64,000 bases of DNA from the human T2T-CHM13v2.0 reference genome, Homo sapiens. The position numbers were made by a program, and so were the translations under genes. Positions 23,864 to 37,095 of the stretch are shown one piece after another (within the stretch, counting starts at the first letter, position 1; each line of letters starts with the position of its first letter). The notes below the pieces were generated by a model. It searched no databases, was not told where the DNA came from, and saw nothing but the letters and a program-made list of their open reading frames with translations. The stretch covers positions 5,216,001-5,280,000 of the forward strand of contig CP086569.2 of the NCBI GenBank assembly GCA_009914755.4, written 5' to 3'.

Positions 23864-25423
23864 TAAATTGGTTCCAGGAGTAGGGTGCTGCTGAAAAGAT
23901 ACCTGAAAATGTGGAGGTGACTTTCGAACTGGGTAACAAGCAGGGGTTGGAACAGTTGGAGGGCTCAGAAGAAGATAGGAAAATGTGGGAAAGTTTGGAA
24001 CTCCCTAGAGACTTGTTGAATGGCTTTGCCCAAAATGCTGACAGCAATATGCACAATAAAGTCCAGGCTGAGGTGGTGTCAGATGGAAATGAGGAACTGG
24101 AGCAAAAGTGACCCTTGTTATGTTTCAACAAAGAGACTGGTAGCATTTTGCCCCTTCTCTAAAGATTTGTGGAATTTTGAACTTGAGAGAGATGATTTAA
24201 GGTATCTAGCAGGAGAAATTTCTAAGTGGCAAAGCATTCAAGAGGTGACTTGGGTGCTGTTAAAGGCATTCAGTTTTGTAAGGAAAACAGATATAAAAGT
24301 TCAGAAATTTTGCAGCCTGACAATTTGATAGAAAAGAATTTACTATTTTTTGAGGAGAAATGAAAGCCAATTGTAGAAATTTGCATAACTAATTAGAAGC
24401 TGTATGTTAATCACCAAGACAGTGGGGAGAATGTCACCAGGGCATGTGAGAGGTCTTCATGGAAGCCCCTCCCATCACAAGCCCAGAGGTCTAGGATTTA
24501 AAAATGGCTTTGTGGGCCAGGCTCAGGTCCCTGTGCTGTGTGCAGTCTAGGGAATTGGTAACTGCATCCCAGCCACTCCAGCCACAAGTAAATGGGGCCA
24601 AGGTACAGCTCGAGTCATGGCTTCAAAGGGTGCAAGCTCCAAGCCTTGGCAGCTTCCATGTGATGTTGGGCCTGTGGGTGCATGGAAGTCAAGAAATGAG
24701 GTTTGGGAACCTCTGCCTAGGTTTCAGGGGATTTGTGGAAACACCTGGATGTCTAGCAGAAGTTTGCTGCAGGGGCAGGGCCCTCATGGAGAACCTCTGC
24801 TAGGGCAGTGTGCAAGGGAAATGTGAGGTCGAAGCCTGCACACAGAATCCCTACTGGGGCACCACCTAGTGGAGCTGTGAAAAGAGGGCCACTGTCCCTC
24901 AGACCCCAGAATGGTAGATCCACTGACAGCTTGCACTGCATGCCTGGAAAATCTACAGACACTAAACAACAGCCTATGAAAGCAGCTGGGAGGGAGGGTG
25001 TACCCTGCCAAGCCACAGAGGCGGAGCTGCCCAAGATCATGGGAACCCACTTCTTGCATCAGCATGACCCGGAAGTGAGACATGGAGTCAAAGGAGATCA
25101 TTTTGGGGCTTTAAGATTTCACTGCCCTGCTGAGTTTTGGACCTCCATGGGGCCTGTAGTCTCTTTGTTTTGCCAATCTCTGCCATTTGAAATGGTTGTA
25201 TTTACCCAATGACTGTACTCCCATTGTATCTAGGAAGTAACTAATTTGCCTTTGATTTTACAGGCTGATAGGCAAATGGGGCTTGCCTTGTCTCAGATGA
25301 GATGTTGGACTGTGGACTTTTGAGTTAATGCTGAAATGAGTTAAGACTTTGGGAGACTGTTGGGAAGGTATGACTGTTTTTGAAATGTTAAGACATGAGA
25401 TTTGGGATGCACCAGGGGTGGAA

Positions 25424-25798
25424 TGATATGGTTTGGCTGTGTCTCCACCCAAATCTCATCTTTAATTGTAACTCCCACAATTCCCATATGTTGTGGGGGG
25501 AACCCAGTGGGAAGTGACTGAATTATGGGGGTGGGTCTTTCCTGCACTGTTCTCTTGGTACTGAATGAGTCTCACAAGATCTGATGGTTTTAAAAATGGG
25601 ATTGTCCCTGAACAAGCTCTTTCTTTGCCTGCTGCCATCCATGTAAGATGTGACTTGCTCGTCCTTGCTTTATGCCATGAGTGTGAGCCCCCTCCACCCC
25701 CTGCCATGTAGAACTGTATGTTCATTAAACCCTTTTCCTGTATAAATTACCCAGTCTCAGGTATGTCGTTATTAGCAGTGTGAAAATGGACTAACACA
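25424..25798 (+). repeat. 3' LTR of THE1 element B
   Basis: See the parent feature. Confidence 0.88.
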
Positions 25799-26468
25799 CG
25801 AAATTTCCTCTATCTTTTAAAATGATAACTAAAGAGACTGAGCATATACGCCACCAAGAATATGTGTGTGTGGTGGAGAAAGGGTACTTAATTAGCTTAA
25901 CTCTTTACAATTCAAGAATTTTGGGGAGTCCAAGTTTTGGCTAAGTAGTATATGTGGTTTTGATAGTTTTCAGTAACTTCTTATAGCCGAAATTTTATTG
26001 TTTGCTAGCTGGCAAAAGCATTATGTTTAAAAATATACAGCAACAGATTTTCATATTTTTTCATATCTTTTTAGAATGACTCACATAAGTAGATCTGTTC
26101 TTTTGCAGATTACTTTAGCGTTCCTCAGATAGGCATCACTTAAATGTGCGGTAGCAGATAGGACTTTTCTAAAGTCCTCTTATAATGTAATATTTCATTA
26201 CTTCGATTTACCAAGCTTAACAAGTGTTTGACACCCTTCAGCTACTAAATTGATTCAGAAAAGATAGAACAGCATAGGCATGCTCTGATTTTTTTGCTCT
26301 TTCTTGATGGATTACAATTATTAACCTACAGGTGGAGTCTAGATCTTTATTTTTAGAGAAAAATCTCAACAAATAGTCAACTGAATAGAATCAGGGCAAC
26401 ATAGCTATTTGAGAAGTACACAACTTTCAAATTAACTTCTTGTATAGCAGCTTCAATCTTCTGTATTA

Positions 26469-26487
26469 GAAATTGTAATAAACTATT
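26469..26487. repeat. 5' target-site duplication of AluYb8 (gaaattgtaataaactatt)
   Basis: An identical 19-mer recurs at 26801-26819 directly after the poly(A). Confidence 0.95.
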
Positions 26488-26800
<313 letters not shown>

Positions 26801-26819
26801 GAAATTGTAATAAACTATT
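26801..26819. repeat. 3' target-site duplication of AluYb8 (gaaattgtaataaactatt)
   Basis: Perfect 19/19 match to 26469-26487. Confidence 0.95.
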
Positions 26820-29800
26820 AAACTGAATATTTTTTATTTGTCACCACACTATTCCCAGATGGTTGATCATTCTCATGAACAGTGGAAGACCAAGAAACAT
26901 CAAGCAACAGAAACTGAATTTCTGATCAACCTATTAATTCAAAATTTAGTCCCTGATATGAGTGTAAAAATTCTTTTAAAGTTAAAGTGAACATTTATAA
27001 TAATATACAAAAATACCCCATTTTAAAGATGTGGAAATTGAGGCTGGAGAAGGATAGATTATTTGCACAAATTTCACAAAAAATAATGATAGAGCATGGG
27101 TTAAAACACACAGTATCGTGATTATATTTGAATCATACATGAGAGCTCAAATTACATCACACTTTGCCCATTCTGCCAGAAAATATTCTGGAGGTCATTA
27201 TCATGCAGTAGTTAAGCCCACAAAAAGCTCTAGAGTCAGCAACTCTTTGTTAGAATCTCAGCTCTGTCACTTACCTTTCTATCTCAACTTCAGTTTCCCC
27301 ATTGATTTAACAGGAATGAAAATAGTATTTATGTCAGAGAGTTGTTGAAAAGATAAAATGCATACAAAAAGAGACCCCCTGGCACATGGTAGGTGTAACA
27401 GATACTAATGTATCGTAGTGTTTCTCTTAAAATTTTGGAACAGTATAATTGTATAATTTAAAAAATCAATATTGCATATATTGAATAAATAATAACTTTA
27501 TTATAGAGTTCATGAAATGGTAAAGATAAAGTCAATTACATTGTATCCATCTCAGATAATTGGGAAAATTTTCCTCACACAAATATACACTCAAGAAATA
27601 CACACCAAGAATACAACCTCAGATATCAGATATTAGAGCTAAATTTTGTTCACAATGCTAGGCTAAGAAATCTTTGGTTAGAAGGTTATGGAACATCAAG
27701 ATTTTATTGGTAAGCACATAACCCCATTTAATTCCAGTAGACGCTCTTTTAACAGTCACAGTCAGAATCAGAGGTAAGATGGTTCATCAAAGCAATCAGA
27801 TGAACAGGTAAATCATTAAGAAATGCATACATATCTCATATATGTTACATATATATGATAAATAAATACTTGAAACAAAGAAGTGTACATTTATCTTTCA
27901 TAATTTGATGTAGAATCTTTGCCTTGCCTTTGGATGTATGTTCACTGATTTTAGCACAATGCACCATATTTATTACATACACTCTACCAATATTACATAA
28001 TATGTAGTGTCCGGTTTTTGTTCCCATAAAATGGAGTGTGTTTTTAAATGCTCTTGAAAAGTGTTCTGAGTATGGAATGCTTCTAGAGTTTTATGATACT
28101 TTTTCTGAATCTTCTGTAGTTCTCTTGCTCAGACAGTACTCTATGACAAGTCATTGCAGCATTTTGCCCTTTGTAATCTTTCTGAAAAGTTCAATTTCAT
28201 CTTCTTTGAAGCAATTATTTTTATATTAACATTTCATTGGGTTATATGAGATTTTAATTAAATTAAATGGTTGCAATAGCAAATGCAGCTCATGTAAATG
28301 TATTTTAAAACAATATCTGACTTTTCTTAAGCATAAACTCGCTTTGGCTCAGAAGTCAGTGGGTATACTGTAAAGTGGCATCCTAGCTGAGGTGAGGACA
28401 TAAAGCTTGTTGACTTCATCAAGTCAATGTTTTATTCACTGTGGGAATAATGAGCTTTATTTAATCAAATGAGTTGGTTAAGTAGAGGCCTGTCAAAAAA
28501 GTTTCCAATTTATTAATATTGATGCATTTGCTATATCAGAGTAGGACATCCAATTGTGGAAGATTTCACAACTTACCATTGTATTTACAAATCTAAACTT
28601 AATTTTTGATCATTCTAATATCTCAAGAAGTTTGTTTGCAGTTTGCCCATACCTTCACAGTAACCCGACTGCTACACGACAGCAACTCTAGCCTTTAATC
28701 AAAAGTATGAATTTTTGAATGAAACAAGTACATTTGCATAATTTTTTAAATAGTTAAAATCAGTGTACCTCAAACTTTCATGTGCAGATCCATCATATAA
28801 CATATAAATCTTATGTATGTTTTACCAAAATTAAAAAGGCAAAAAAGAAATATTAATGCTATGTCCTACTAATATCATTATTTTCCCTGGGAGTGTAGCC
28901 TGGAAATAATATTTTTGTAAAATTATCCATTTGATCTATGTGTATGCAAATTTTAAAAACCACTGATTTAAATGGAAAACCTTAAAATGTGTTTCAATCA
29001 TTCACCACTTGAGTTCCAGTGAGAACAAAAGTAAAGTTTTATCTTTGAGTCTACCGATTATTTCCGTTACAGGGTAAGAAAATGTGTTTGCTAAGTAGGC
29101 ATATTCTCAAGACTTCGTTAGGCTGAATGTAACATAAAAAAGACTTCATGATAAGAAAAGCAATGAAACCTGATTAATACAGATTGACTTAGCGAGGAGC
29201 CACAAACTTCTGGCATTCTAATTTGTTTGTAGTTGACTACTTAACAGTATTCGATGATCGGAGAATACTTTAGTAGACAGACAGAAATGAAAATTTTCCT
29301 TTAATTACATCAAATTCTCCCTAGACTAAATTCTGTGTTTTGTTTAACAATCAAAATGTAGGAAACAGGAGGGTGACTGGTAATGATTCAAATGGGTATT
29401 AAAGTTTCATCTACTATACATCATCATATATTTATTAATCTGAGGTTATTCATGGAACTGATATGAAAACTGAAGGACTGTGAAGTTATATTTTAGTTCA
29501 CATAAATGTGTGAATTCTATTGTATATTAATATTATCTGTATTTGGATATGGATAGACAAATTATGTAGATAGAGAGAGAGATGTACCCATATTATATCC
29601 AGACTAAATGCCTTCTGAGAATATTTATTCATGTAGAAATTCATTTATCAAAACCAAATATTTATCAAAAGAAAGAATATATTCATCCGAACCATACGAT
29701 TTTGATTCAAATATTAACAGCTTTATAAACTCAAGCAAGTAACTACTAATTTCTGAGCTCACTAACATCTACAGCAAAAACTTTCTATAAGAATGAAAAT

Positions 29801-29889
29801 AATTTTGAACTCTCTGTAAGAAAGATGAGCCCATCCTGATAGCATAAGTATTAAAATGATATTTGAGCACTGTACTGCAAAGCTGCTAA

Positions 29890-30280
<391 letters not shown>

Positions 30281-31599
30281 AGTTTATATATTATATAATA
30301 TTAAATATGATCTAATATAGCACTTGGAGTATTTGGGTCTTTCTTCTTTTACTTCTGTATTATTGTTTTTGTTATTTTATTCTGCCCCTCTTTGTCTTCC
30401 TTCTTTTACCCGCATATTTTAGTTTTTGTTATTTTCTCCTACCCCTCTTTTACAAGTTACCTTGCATTCTTAGTGAATGACTTATGTGGAATTATAATTA
30501 TGTTGCCTTTTTATGGATATGTCAATATTTATAACAGTGTTTGAAGTAGACAAATACTTCTCCACTTCTCCTAAATCTGTCTTATAAATGTAACCGGTAA
30601 TGACACAATCTATGCAGTATTAAATATTAATTTGGGATTATATATTAATGATAGAGAACAAATGAATTCCTTTATTGCTAAGTCAATGCAAACTAGTGAA
30701 GTGGCTTATTTTGGTGAATTACACTATGATAAACATTTTTTTGGACCACCATATCACATATCACACAGGACAACCATATAGAAACTCATAGCAAATATTG
30801 TAGTCGTGAGTATCTGTTCTAAATTTCATCCGAATTAATATTATTTTATGAAACTATAGGAAGATGAATTCCTGTATACTGACTTTACAAACTACATTAA
30901 GTCTGTGGAAGTTGCATACCAAGTAAGCAATGTAATGGTAGAGATGTGAAAATTCTGTCAGTTGTCTTTCTAATCAGTAGTCAAATTTTGACACAAGAAA
31001 TGCTATCAAATTCAAAAGGCATATTCATGGAATCCTCTCCAACTATTTAGTTAACAGAATGAGATTATGTTTTTTTTTTTCTTTTTATGGTACGACATAC
31101 AGTGCTGTGTTTTACTTTTCTCTATTGTCTAATAAATTATTTTTAAATAATTTTTTCTGCTGAGACAGTGTATGATCTACATGTCTTCTGAAAACCAAAG
31201 AAGGTATTTCTTTGATTTGAAATAGCGTTTAAAATACCTACATTCTTAAAAGTCAGAGCTTGTAAAGTGATTGCAGGCATTTGCGAATCAGGTGAAATTT
31301 GTGTGGTCTTTTGACTCTTGCTATATTAATAATATTTTCAATGAAAACTGTACCTACTTGCTTTGTGTGCATATAAATTGAATATATTGTAAAATTTAAA
31401 ATAACAGTAATAGTTCCGGTGGGCTGATGTTCCATAATCTGTATCTGTACTTGTATAAAGATAATTAGTTTGAATCAATCACTTATAGAAAAATGTCACC
31501 TCACCTGCCCATTTTAAAAAGTGGCTCACAGAAGTGAAATTAGTTACACAGCATACTAATTACAGAATGAAAAGACTGCTCAAAAATGCTAAATACAGG

Positions 31600-31800
31600 C
31601 CTGTAAATTAGCATATCTTCATACAGATATAAATTAAACATATAATAAAATTATATGTATTATAATTATATATAATTATATGTGTAGTGTATATATACAT
31701 ATTTATATATAATCAGTATATATAGATATTATATATCTATATGTAAAATATATATGTATCTAAATATGTATCTATCTAAATACATATATATACACAAACA
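31600..31800. repeat. AT-rich low-complexity / degenerate (TA)n-(TATG)n tract
   Basis: ataattatatataattatatgtgtagtgtatatatacatatttatatataatcagtatatatagatattatatatctatatg... Confidence 0.7.
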
Positions 31801-32918
31801 TATAAAATAAGTGCTAAGTCGGGTCTGGGACAATGTCATTTATTCAGCACAGTGTTCTTGGTACATAGCAAGACCTGAAACATACTAAATAATCAATAAT
31901 ATGTTTGGTTCAACAAGTGTCAGAAATGCTTTATTTTGGTGATGTTTTAGATTTGGAAATTTTACACAAACAGGCATAGTTAGCAAAAATATTTTTTCTT
32001 TTTTTAAGTTTAAAAGATATGAACAGTACAGTACAGTGTTCCAGAAATTCTTATTGGTGAAGAATTCATGGCTTGGAAAACTAAGTTGATGATGCAGAAG
32101 AATGTTCATTATGAAAGAAATGGGTTATAAAGAAGTCTGAGAAAAAGACTATTTAGGAAATTTGTCTTAAAAGGGTGAGAAATGGATTAGATATGGGCAT
32201 GAACGAAATACAATTTTTTCTTTCATTCTTAGGTTTGGCTTTGTTCCTTTTCACTGAGCTGGAATGAGTATCACAGGGTAATTGTGACATATTGACCCTT
32301 AAACTTTCAACATGTTTTCATTAATTCAACAAATATTATTTAAGGTGGCATCATACCCGACACAATTTTAGCTTATCCTTTATGTAAACCTTATGTAAAC
32401 TAAATATACATTAATCTTGCACAAAAATTTTGAGAAAATATTTTGAGGAAATGTGTTAATGCATTATTTGCTTCTGCATGTACCTTTTTCCCTAGAATAT
32501 GACTGGGTTTTGATTATATATTGCCAGAAAATAGTTTCACCTATGTAAAGGATTTGTTCTTAGTGACTTTTGTTGTCAGGAAGTTTTGCATTTGTGTTAA
32601 CACTTGTGTGTTTTGTGGCATCATGTTTTTATTAGTATCAGTGCTACATTCTGTGATACCTTTATGACTCCTAAATCTTTGATTTAGATTATATAATTCA
32701 TTGCTAATCATGTCTTCTTCTCAATGTATCTCATTTAAATTATTTTAGCTAAAGGGCCAAGTGATAGCTGGGAACATTATGTGCCCATTCCTGATGGTGC
32801 CCATTTTTCAAAAGGAAGGGATTTTGAGAAAGGTCCTCAGAATTCAGTAATACTGGTATATAGTGTAATGTTGAAAGAATGTAATGATGCACTAACTTTG
32901 GCTTATTTATTTATTTTT

Positions 32919-33062
32919 AGAGACAGGGTCTCACTCTGTCTCCCAGGCTGAAGTGCAGTGGTGTGATCATGGCTCACTTTAGCCTGGAGCTCCTTGCCTC
33001 AAGCCATACTCCTGCCTTAGCCATCCAAAGCCTTGGAATTATAGGCATGAGCCACCACACAT
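32919..33062 (-). mobile_element. Alu monomer fragment (right arm / FRAM-like), antisense
   Basis: agagacagggtctcactctgtctcccaggctgaagtgcagtggtgtgatcatggctcactttagcctggagctcc...ggcatgagccaccacacatgacc. Confidence 0.8.
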
Positions 33063-35714
33063 GACCTCCTTTTCAAGTTATTCCATTAATTATTTATAGG
33101 AAATAACAACAGTTTAATGAAAATTTAAAAAAAGAATTAGGAAGTTTATCCATATCTAATTCAAAATCACATGACAAATTCTTATTTAACTTAGTCAACC
33201 TATGGGGATAATTTGTATTCTTAAAAAAATCTCTTCTAGTAGGAAAAAATATAATTTCAAAATCTTACTTAAACCAAATGTATTTGTTATTCAAGATATG
33301 AGTACATTTCTCTCTGTCTTGACACTTGAAATTCTCGTATAAGATTTCAAATTATAGGGGAAAAATCAGAAGAATTGATTGTTGTATTTTAGGAAACTCA
33401 CATTGTGTTTTGGGAATTTTGGCAAATTATAAAAAATACCCTTTAATTTCCACAAGCGAAAGTACATGCTGACTTGAAGTTAATTCTACTTTTTAAAAGT
33501 AAAATCATTTTGGAAAGTTTTTCAGTGAGTTATGTCCATGCAAAATAAGTGAACACTGGTAATTCTTTGTACAACAGAGTACAAAAATTGAAAGAGAATA
33601 GGAAAATATTGCTACTTAGGGATCCGGGATATATATTTTTCATCATGGGACATGATATTTCATCTGAGCACAATGTGCATTTGAGGAATGGATAGGACTG
33701 GCTTATAGTTTAAATAAATATCTTAGCTAGTCATGGTTATATTCTCTTAGACTAAATTTCAGTCAAATTCTTAGCAATATTAATATGTGTATTTGAACTA
33801 ATTTCTGTGTCAATTCTCCAAACTGTGTAGCAGAAACATCATTTTATGTTTAAAGAAACAAAGTAAAGGGAGAGATTAATAGGAACTCAGACAAATGCAG
33901 AATCAAATTATAGTGTATTAAAGATGTATATCTCCTTCCTTGTTATATAAGAACTAAAACTTAGGCAACATTTTATCTCTTAGTGGTATACTCTCCTTTT
34001 ACAAATACCAAAATATAATATTTATATTTTGAGTATCCAAAGAGCCATTACCTTAAATCTGTATCTTCTAGTCATGAAGTGCAGATGATTTTTAAGGCAG
34101 ACAGCATTTGGTTTATTCAAAAAATCTTTTAATATGTCTTTTGCAGTGAGTTAATCTGTCAGACTGATAAAATAAGTTCCTCATACTCCCCCTCCTCTTC
34201 CTGTGCATATAAGCTTTTATTTAATTCTGTTTGAAATAGCTTGCTTCTATTTTTGCTTCCTCTTCATGTTTGTGGCACTGCTTTTTATGCTTTGTTCTTT
34301 GCTGACATAAAATATTTATCAACATATCATCTAAGAAGATTGGTTCTCCACAGTAGATATCCAATATGTTTCACCACATGGAAAATGTCTTTTCTTGTTT
34401 ATTCCTAAAATCTGTAGCCAAATTCCCATATGTCTGGTTTATCCATTGATACTTGAAAATGTAAAACTAAGTAATTCTGTGGATAACAATTATGCATGAA
34501 CATTGCCATTAAACAGTAAATTTTAAAATAATTTATATTTAAACTAAAATAATAATCATATATCTTTCAATATCAAGCAAACGGATTTGATTTTATTCCA
34601 TTCCTTTGTTATAATGGAAAATAAATTTTCTAATACATTTATTTTTCATTTTTTCTTTGATATGATTTCCCTAATAGTTAAAACAATAGCATTATTCAGA
34701 GACTGTATTTTTAGATGTGGCCTATGATTTCAAGGATCCCTCCTTTCCCCATGTGTTACAATACAAAATATAAATAACCAGTTGGTTCCAAGACTAAAAA
34801 TTTCTGCCAAAGCTTGTGTTCATACAGTTACAAAGTCCCAATAAAATATATATTAGAGAGAAAAAATATAAATATAGAAAATAAATCAAAGTCTCCAATT
34901 CTTTGAAAATGCCAGCATGGTACTACTGTTAAGCTGTCAGTAATTCACTGTGATTACAAGAAATCACAACTTCAGTCCATGCTAATATCACATGTGAGAT
35001 TATGAAAACATATTTATAAAGAGAATTATCAAGTCAGCTTGCACTTCCAAAACTATACTTTCGTTTCAATTATTTCATCTCCTTAAATATTTTATATGTA
35101 AATATTAAGATCTATATAATAAAATAATCAATTTATTTGGAGTTTTATAAGTTGTCCATCCAGATGCATCTCTCTAAACTGATGTATTAGGAGGAAAAAT
35201 ACTGTCAATGAATAAACATCACTATCTTTCTCATTTTGTAGCAAATTTTAAAGTGAAAGTAATAGAACATTACTTTGGGGGAACAATGCAATATTTATGA
35301 TAGTGAACATTATTGAAATAAGTTCAAATTTTTCTTTATGGATTTTAAAAAACATGCTTTCATATACAAAAACATGTAAACATCTGCCTAAAATAAAGTT
35401 GAAATAGATATTTTTGAAATGGTAATTATATGACCTATTTCTTATTCCAGTTTTCTGTTACATATGCTACATGTAATAGAAAATGTAAATAATATAGTAT
35501 TAATATAAGTATAGACATGCATATAATATATGATCAATATAAGTACTTCTCAAATGAAATCTCTGTTTCCAAACTATGTCCTAAGTTGTGTGCAGAGCTT
35601 AATATGTTTAGCAAGGCATACGAACATACAGAAAGAGAAAATATGCTATAGAACTTACAAAACTGACATTCACTAATAAAATAAGACTTTCAAGTGCTTA
35701 TTTTTATTTGTTAT

Positions 35715-36606
35715 TTTTAACTTTATTATGGGTATATAATAGTTGTATATTTTTATGAGGTATGTGTAATGTTTTGATACAGACATATAATGTATAATGA
35801 TCAAGTCAGGGTAATTAGAGAACACATCATCTCAAGCCTTTATCATTTTTTTGTTTTAGGAACATTCCAATTCCACTCTTTTAGTTATTTAAAAATAAAC
35901 AACAAAATACTGTTAACTAGAGTCACCCTATTGTGCCACCAAATACTAGATCTTATGCATGCTATCTAACTCTATGTTTGTACACATTAACTATCTTCAC
36001 TTTATCCTTCTGTCTCCTCTATGCTTTCCAGCCTTTGGCAATCATCATTTCACTCTCAACCTCCACTGAGTTCAAATTTTTTTTTAGCTGCCATATATGA
36101 TTGAAAACATGTAACATTTGTCTTTCTGTGTCTGACTTATTTCACTTAACATAATATCCTTCAGCTCCATACATGTTGTTGCAAATGACAGAATTTCATT
36201 TTCTTTATGGCTGAATGATAACCCATTCTGAATATGCAGCACATTTTCTTTATCCATTCATCCATTGGACACTTAGATTGCTTTCATTTCTTGGCTATTG
36301 TGAATAGTGCTGCAAAATAAACACGGGAGTGCAGATATCTCTTTGATATACTGATTTTCTTTCATTTGGATTTAAACCCAACAGTGGAATTGCTGGATCA
36401 TATGGTGGGTCTAATTTTAGTTTTTTGAGGATCCTCTATACTGTTCTCCATAGTGGTTGTACTAATTTACATTTTCATCAAAAGCGTATGAGCGTTCCCT
36501 TTTATCCCTACCCTTGCCAGAATTTGTGATTGCCTCTCTTTTGGATAAAAGCCATTTTAACTGGGGCGAGATGATTTCTCATTGTAGTTTTGATTGGCAT
36601 CTCTCG
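35715..36606 (-). mobile_element. L1 3' end (ORF2 from about aa 1100 to the end, plus a long 3'UTR; older L1M/L1PB type), antisense, 5'-truncated
   Basis: ttttaactttattatgggtatataatagttgtatatttttatgaggtatgtgtaatgttttgatacagacatataatgtataatgatcaagtcagggtaattagag...ccattcatccattggacacttagattgctttcatttcttggctattgtgaatagtgctgcaa...ctcattgtagttttgattggcatctctcg is the reverse complement of the L1 3' region. Confidence 0.88.
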
Positions 36607-37095
36607 AAAAACTGGGTATAGAATGAACATATATCAACACAATAAAAGTCACATTTGTTAAGCCCACAGCTAGTATCATACCAAACAAGGAAAGTCTGTA
36701 ACTCTTTCCTCTAAGATCAAGAACAATAAAAGCATGTGCACTTTTACCACTTTTATTCAACATAGTTCTCTACTTAGATAAGAGAAGGAAATAAAGGGCA
36801 TTCAAATTGAAAAAGAAGAAGTCAAATTATTCTTGTTTGTAGACAACGTAATCTTATATTTAAAAAAACCTTAAAGTCCTCACCAAAAAACTATTGGAAC
36901 TGATAAACAAATTGGAATTAGTAAAGTTGCAGGATACAAATCCAACATACATAGAAAAACATTAGTAGCATTTCTATATGCCAACAGCAAATAAGTTGCA
37001 AAAGAAACCAAAAAAGAAACACCATTTACAATAGCTAAAAATAAAACAAAGTATCCAGGAGTAAATAACCAAAAACTTGAAAGATTTCTACAATG
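36607..37095 (+). mobile_element. L1 ORF2 (from about aa 515), sense. This is the upstream segment of an L1 interrupted by the KRT18 retrocopy.
   Basis: Translation matches ...KLGIEGTYLN.IK..FVKPTASIIPN.E.L..FPLRS.T.KACALLPLLFNIVL... (consensus [64 protein letters not shown]). It is then recognisable up to ...[16 protein letters not shown] (consensus ...KRIKYLGI.LT.DVKDLY...). Confidence 0.88.
37080..37095. repeat. 5' target-site duplication of the KRT18 retrocopy (aaagatttctacaatg)
   Basis: A 16-mer repeated with 2 mismatches at 38504-38519 (aaagatttaaacaatg). Both lie inside the same L1 ORF2 codon context (KDLY/NENYK). Confidence 0.85.

Larger units (their letters stand above)
23494..25798 (+). 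mobile_element. THE1-class MaLR retrotransposon, full length (element B). 5' LTR is about 23494-23863, the internal region 23864-25423, and the 3' LTR about 25424-25798.
   Basis: LTR start is tgatatggttt(c/g)(a/g)ctgtgtc...; LTR ends are ...cagtctcaggtatgtc(t/g)ttat(g/t)agcag..tgaaaatgga(t/c)t(g/a)a.aca. The internal part is collinear with element A (gtaaattggttccaggagtagggtgctgctgaaaagatacctgaaaatgtggag ... caccaggggtggaa). The two LTRs share private variants (gtgactgaattatgggg, tactgaatgagtctcacaagatctgatgg). Confidence 0.92.

Noticed and set aside
23452-25725. Multiple 85-134-aa ORFs on both strands inside the THE1 elements (for example MAAGKERACAGKLPF..., 24808..25212)
   Set aside because: These are the recurrent chance reading frames of MaLR LTRs and the non-coding THE1 internal region. 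The same pseudo-peptides recur in every LTR copy in the window (19384..19731, 23452..23709, 25462..25725, 53167..53385).
17547-25798. Regularly spaced, about 350-bp, near-identical repeats (four THE1 LTRs) that could superficially suggest a CRISPR-like or tandem array
   Set aside because: The repeats are 350-370-bp LTRs with MaLR consensus termini (tgatatgg...ggactaataca), separated by about 1.6-kb internal regions and unique or L1 DNA. The sequence context is primate. There are no short spacer-repeat arrays and no cas-like ORFs.
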